Shown piece after piece: positions 52,454-56,702 of a stretch of DNA of 56,702 nucleotides (positions are counted from its first letter, which is position 1; every line of letters starts with the position of its first letter). The notes below the pieces were generated by a model. That model saw only the letters and a program-made list of their open reading frames with translations, did no database searches and was not told where the DNA came from. Position numbers and translations under genes: made by a program. Source of the DNA: Enterobacteria phage 9g. The stretch lies in sequence record NC_024146.1, one strand, 5' to 3'.

Positions 52454-55400
52454 ATGGCAATTCGTTTACATGGTATTCTAGTTGATGGATTGAATAAACC
52501 AATCGTCAATGCAAACGTCTTCTTACTTGCACGAAGCAATACTATTGTAGTTCTAGGTGGAAGTAAAGCGGTATTTAAGACTGATTCGCAAGGTGCTTAC
52601 GACGTCACAGTCAACGCCGGGCATTATGTGGTTATCATTGGACCGGAAGGTAAGGAACCGTATAAAGCGGGTGACATTGTAATCTATGCAGATAGCCAGA
52701 ACGGTTCACTTAACGCATATCTTACTAAATGGGCTCCAGAAGAAACTACACCTGAAATACTTCATGAGATAAAGCAACTGGTGGCTAATTCTGAGCAATT
52801 CGCATTGCAGGCGTCTGAATCCGCTGCTAATGCTAAGAAGAGTGAGCTTAACGCGGAGACAAGTAAAAACTCTGCTGCAACGGATGCAGCGTCAGCTCTG
52901 CTATCAAAACAGGAATCTGCCGCTAGTGCGTCTTCCGCATTGCAATCCAAGAACGCTGCGGCTGGTTCTGCTACATCAGCTCAACAATCTCTTACTGCTG
53001 TGCAAGGACTCAAAGTTGAAGTCCAACAATTAAAAACCGACACGCAGCATATTAAAGAAGAGGGCGTCGCTGAAGTAACAGCTCTCAAAAATGCTGCAAC
53101 TACAGCGGCTAACAATGCTAAAGCATCAGAAACTGCATCTGCTAATAATGCGACTTTGGCTGATACTAAAGCAAAGGAAGCGTCTGTAAGTGCAACCACT
53201 GCTGATCAAGCGAAAGTGGCTGCTGAGGCAGCAAAGGACGCATCCGAAGCAAGTGCGGTTGAATCTGCTACTTCTGCTGGTGAATCGCAGACCTCAGCTA
53301 ATGCAGCTAAGGCAAGCGAAACGGTTGCAACACAGAAGGCAGCTTCGGCCTCTACGTCTGAAACTAATGCGGCAGCTTCCGCTCAGACTGCGACTAACAA
53401 AGCTGGTGAGTCTGCCGCTAGTGCTACCGCAGCTAAGGCAAGCGAAACTAATGCTAAGACGTCAGAAACTAATGCTGGTACATCAGCTGGAAGATCTGAG
53501 TCCGCTGCTTTGCGCTCAGAAGCTGCTGCTGAACGTGCGGAAGAGATTGCTGGTGCAATTGGTCTTGAAGATGCGACTTTGACTGTTAAAGGTATCGTTC
53601 GTCTTAGCAATGATACTGACAGCACTGCTGAAGACCTGGCGGCTACACCAAAGGCTGTTAAAACAGTCATGGACGTTGCTAATACTAAAGCTCCGTCAAA
53701 TAGTCCTGTTCTAACTGGTGTACCAACGGCACCAACTCCAGCACCTGAAGTTAATAACAATCAGATTGCTACAACTCAGTTTGTACACCAAATTATAAGC
53801 GCACTTATTGGTGATGCACCAGACGCGTTAAACACTCTGAAAGAGTTAGCTGACGCTCTTGGTGATGATCCGAACTTTGCTACAACGATGACCACACTTA
53901 TTAACAGTAAGTTGGCCAAAGATCAGAACGGTGCTGACATTCCTAATAAGCAACTGTTTATTGATAACGTTGGTTTACGTGAGACTGTTAACTTAGCTCT
54001 CGGTGCATTGCAGAAGAATCAGAACGGTGCGGATATACCGGATAAAGGCGTCTTCCTTAATAACATCAATGCTGCCAGCAAGACGGATATGGCCGCTAAA
54101 CGTGGAATGAAGTTTTCGCGTGTAGATGCACCAGCGGGAGTTGAAGCAGACAAGTTTTATCCTGTGGTCATTCGTCGTTGTTCTGGATTCAACAGTGAAT
54201 TAGCATCAAGGGTAACGATAAGTACAGATTCAAGAATGTCAAGCCATAGGATGAACAACTGTGATTTCAATGGTTTTGTGATGCCTGGTGGATGGACCGA
54301 CCGCGGACGATATGCTTATGGAATGTTCCACGCATATACTGCAAATGAGCGTGCTATTCATTCTATTATGATGGGTGACTCGGATGATGATCTGTGCTCT
54401 GTGTTCTATGTTGAAGGTGAAGCGTTCCCTATCTCTGTATATGTAGAAGAAGGCTTATTTGTTGTTGTACCGTCCGCCGACTATGTTGTCGGACAAACGA
54501 CTTACAAATGGGGTGCTACAGACCCTAGAACAGAATGTGTGGCCGCTAAAACTATACTTGATTTCTGCAATGGTAGAGGATTCTATAGTTCGCACGCACT
54601 CCTCACAAATGCAGATATTAGCGGTGCGAAAATCTACGCCAACGGTGAAATCGTAGCTCGCGGTGAGAATCAAGTTCGTATGATTGGTGGGGACTACGGT
54701 GCATTATGGCGCAATGACGGTGCCATGACCTATCTCTTATTTACCGCTAAAGGTGATCAATACGGTGGTTGGAACGATTTAAGACCATTTATGATTGATA
54801 ACGCTACTGGTGAGTTTACCATCGGCACTAAATTGAACGCCAATCAAGGTGTGAATGGTAATGCGTCAAGTGCTACGAAGTTACAAACAGCGCGTAAAAT
54901 TGGTGGCGCCTCATTCGATGGTACTGCTGACGTCAATCTTCCAGGTGTTAACATTCAGGGTAATCAGAACACAACTGGTAACGCGGCAACTGCCACCAAA
55001 CTACAGACAGCAATAAAAATATCTGGTGTTTCGTTTGATGGTTCTACTGATATCACTTTAACCGCCGGGCATGTAGATGCTTTTGCCAGAAGGGCAACGG
55101 GTACATATTCCGATGCGGATGGTGGCGTTCCCTGGAATTCCGAATCAGGCGCTTACAATGTCACCCGCTCTGCCGACAGCTATATATTGGTTAACTTCTA
55201 TATCGGAGTCGGAAGTTGCCGGACCCTGCAGATGAAGGCGCATCACAGAAATGGAGGTCTGTTCTACCGTTCCTCAAGAGATGGCTACGGTTTCGAAGAA
55301 GATTGGGACCAAATTTACACTAAAAAGAATCCACCTCCGGCTGGTGAAAGTTTACCTGTAGGTGTTCCATTACCGTGGCCTACGGATACACCTCCGTCCG

Positions 55401-56089
55401 GTTATATTGTAATGCAGGGTCAATCCTTCGATAAAGCTGCATACCCGAAACTGGCGGCTGCATACCCAACGGGCGTGCTTCCAGACATGCGTGGTCAAAC
55501 TATCAAAGGTAAACCAGCAAGCGGTCGCGACGTACTTTCTACGGAAGATGACGGTGTGAAGTCACATACTCACACTGCGTCTACTGCATCTGTCGATCTT
55601 GGAAGCAAGACAACTTCCAGCTTTGACTATGGTACTAAGACAAGTTCGAGTTTTGACTATGGCACCAAATCTGCTGCTTCAGCTGGTGCGCATACGCATA
55701 GTCTGAGCGGTTCAACAGGCTCAGCTGGTGCTCATGCCCACACAGGTGGTTTAAGGATGAACAGTGGTGGTTGGGACCAATACGGATCAATAACCGTTCC
55801 GGCAAGTGTATCCACGGTTAAAGGAACCAACCAGCAGGGAGCTGGTTATTGTGCGAAAACAGACAGTCAGGGCAACCACACTCACTCTTTATCTGGTACT
55901 GCTGCTTCGGCTGGAGCTCATACACATAACGTGGCCGTTGGTGCTCATACGCATACTGTAGGTATTGGTGCTCATACCCATACAGTCGCTTTAGGTTCAC
56001 ATAGCCACGGTGTTACAGTTAACGCAACTGGTAACACGGAGAACACCGTTAAGAACGTTGCATTCAACTATATTGTGAGGGCTGCTTAA
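52454..56089 (+). CDS. Side/long tail fibre protein with C-terminal His-rich HxH repeats
   Basis: First ATG at 52454 (GTG at 52385 possible). Ala/Ser-rich helical repeat region; C-terminal [53 protein letters not shown] repeats; a Tfa-like gene follows. Confidence 0.85.
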   Translation: MAIRLHGILVDGLNKPIVNANVFLLARSNTIVVLGGSKAVFKTDSQGAYDVTVNAGHYVVIIGPEGKEPYKAGDIVIYADSQNGSLNAYLTKWAPEETTPEILHEIKQLVANSEQFALQASESAANAKKSELNAETSKNSAATDAASALLSKQESAASASSALQSKNAAAGSATSAQQSLTAVQGLKVEVQQLKTDTQHIKEEGVAEVTALKNAATTAANNAKASETASANNATLADTKAKEASVSATTADQAKVAAEAAKDASEASAVESATSAGESQTSANAAKASETVATQKAASASTSETNAAASAQTATNKAGESAASATAAKASETNAKTSETNAGTSAGRSESAALRSEAAAERAEEIAGAIGLEDATLTVKGIVRLSNDTDSTAEDLAATPKAVKTVMDVANTKAPSNSPVLTGVPTAPTPAPEVNNNQIATTQFVHQIISALIGDAPDALNTLKELADALGDDPNFATTMTTLINSKLAKDQNGADIPNKQLFIDNVGLRETVNLALGALQKNQNGADIPDKGVFLNNINAASKTDMAAKRGMKFSRVDAPAGVEADKFYPVVIRRCSGFNSELASRVTISTDSRMSSHRMNNCDFNGFVMPGGWTDRGRYAYGMFHAYTANERAIHSIMMGDSDDDLCSVFYVEGEAFPISVYVEEGLFVVVPSADYVVGQTTYKWGATDPRTECVAAKTILDFCNGRGFYSSHALLTNADISGAKIYANGEIVARGENQVRMIGGDYGALWRNDGAMTYLLFTAKGDQYGGWNDLRPFMIDNATGEFTIGTKLNANQGVNGNASSATKLQTARKIGGASFDGTADVNLPGVNIQGNQNTTGNAATATKLQTAIKISGVSFDGSTDITLTAGHVDAFARRATGTYSDADGGVPWNSESGAYNVTRSADSYILVNFYIGVGSCRTLQMKAHHRNGGLFYRSSRDGYGFEEDWDQIYTKKNPPPAGESLPVGVPLPWPTDTPPSGYIVMQGQSFDKAAYPKLAAAYPTGVLPDMRGQTIKGKPASGRDVLSTEDDGVKSHTHTASTASVDLGSKTTSSFDYGTKTSSSFDYGTKSAASAGAHTHSLSGSTGSAGAHAHTGGLRMNSGGWDQYGSITVPASVSTVKGTNQQGAGYCAKTDSQGNHTHSLSGTAASAGAHTHNVAVGAHTHTVGIGAHTHTVALGSHSHGVTVNATGNTENTVKNVAFNYIVRAA

Positions 56090-56667
56090 TGTCTTTTGAA
56101 ATGAGTAATGAAGACCAGACTGTAACCGTGTATGACTACTCCAGGGATACGGGCGAATATGTGGGAACCCGTGAGGCGTATGTGGTAGCCAACACAGGTC
56201 TTCCAGCATGTTGTACTGATATGGAGCCTCCAGTGGCTCCAGAAAATCATGTGGCAATTTTTAAAATAGACAGCCAAGTATGGATTTTACGTGAGGACCA
56301 TCGAGGGAAAGTTGTATACGATAAAAATACAGGACTTCCTTTAGTGATAACCACTATTGGATCTCTCCCGGATAATGTGACCTTTATCGCTCCCAACGGC
56401 GAGTATATGAAGTGGAACGGTAATATGTGGGTGAACGATCCGGATGCACAACGTGCTAAGTCGGTTGCGGATGCAACACAACACAAAACAGATCTTCTTA
56501 ATTTAGCAGATTATAAAATCAGTATTCTACAAGATGCTGTGACTTATAATCTAGCTACTGACGAAGAAAGTTCGATGCTGGAATCGTGGAGAAAGTTTCG
56601 TGTACTTGTGAACCGCGTAAACGAAAACGATCCACAGAATATTATCTGGCCTGAGACTCCAGAATAA
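56089..56667 (+). CDS. Tail fibre assembly protein (Tfa-like chaperone)
   Basis: 192 aa immediately after the tail fibre gene, start overlapping its stop (TAATG); typical Tfa size and position. Confidence 0.65.
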   Translation: MSFEMSNEDQTVTVYDYSRDTGEYVGTREAYVVANTGLPACCTDMEPPVAPENHVAIFKIDSQVWILREDHRGKVVYDKNTGLPLVITTIGSLPDNVTFIAPNGEYMKWNGNMWVNDPDAQRAKSVADATQHKTDLLNLADYKISILQDAVTYNLATDEESSMLESWRKFRVLVNRVNENDPQNIIWPETPE

Positions 56668-56702
56668 GCAGAGGCAACGTACGGCATTTTGGGGCATTTT
56701 AT

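Noticed and set aside
52762-53760. ORFs 52830..53033, 52981..53199, 53190..53582 and 53383..53760 on both strands
   Set aside because: They lie inside the Ala/Ser-rich repeat of the tail fibre gene; poly-L/R/Q or poly-A/V translations typical of shadow ORFs.

Overview
The window reads as an essentially complete, linearised genome (~56.7 kb) of a tailed, siphovirus-type enterobacterial phage. No database search could be run; every call rests on motifs read from the supplied translations, on gene order, and on start codon/RBS inspection.

Layout:
- 36-24866, minus strand: replication, recombination and nucleotide-metabolism block (family-B DNA polymerase, beta-clamp-like protein, SF2 helicase, PrimPol-type primase, ATP-dependent ligase, RNase H, dUTPase, Sak4-like ATPase, SSB-like protein, Cys-cluster nuclease).
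- 3007-8212, within that block: a compact operon for 7-deazaguanine DNA hypermodification (dpdA, folE, queD, gat-queC fusion, one unknown ORF, queE). This is the signature of the 9g-like (Queuovirinae/Nonagvirus-type) phages, which carry 2'-deoxyarchaeosine in their DNA. It is the most notable system here, and it still contains an uncharacterised 253-aa gene.
- 24867-25903: ~1 kb without convincing ORFs, made of an AT-rich motif-dense half and a strongly purine-skewed G-rich half.
- 25904-27769, minus strand: small early genes, including one paralogous pair.
- 27887-28374: divergent control region with three tandem ~26-bp repeats and a perfect palindrome.
- 28375-56667, plus strand: small early genes, a lysis cassette (overlapped i-/o-spanin pair, putative endolysin, holin), then lambda-like morphogenesis genes (TerS, TerL, portal, scaffold, gpE-like capsid, major tail protein with Ig-like C-terminus, G/GT chaperone with a -1 slippery site, tape measure, M/L/K-like proteins, I-J-like tip protein, side tail fibre, Tfa).
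- 52139-52372, minus strand: a lipoprotein gene between the tip and fibre genes, a candidate Llp/Cor-type superinfection-exclusion factor.

Many entries in the ORF track are antisense or frame-shadow ORFs and were rejected. Several starts were moved from the longest-ORF GTG/TTG start to an internal ATG with a Shine-Dalgarno sequence.
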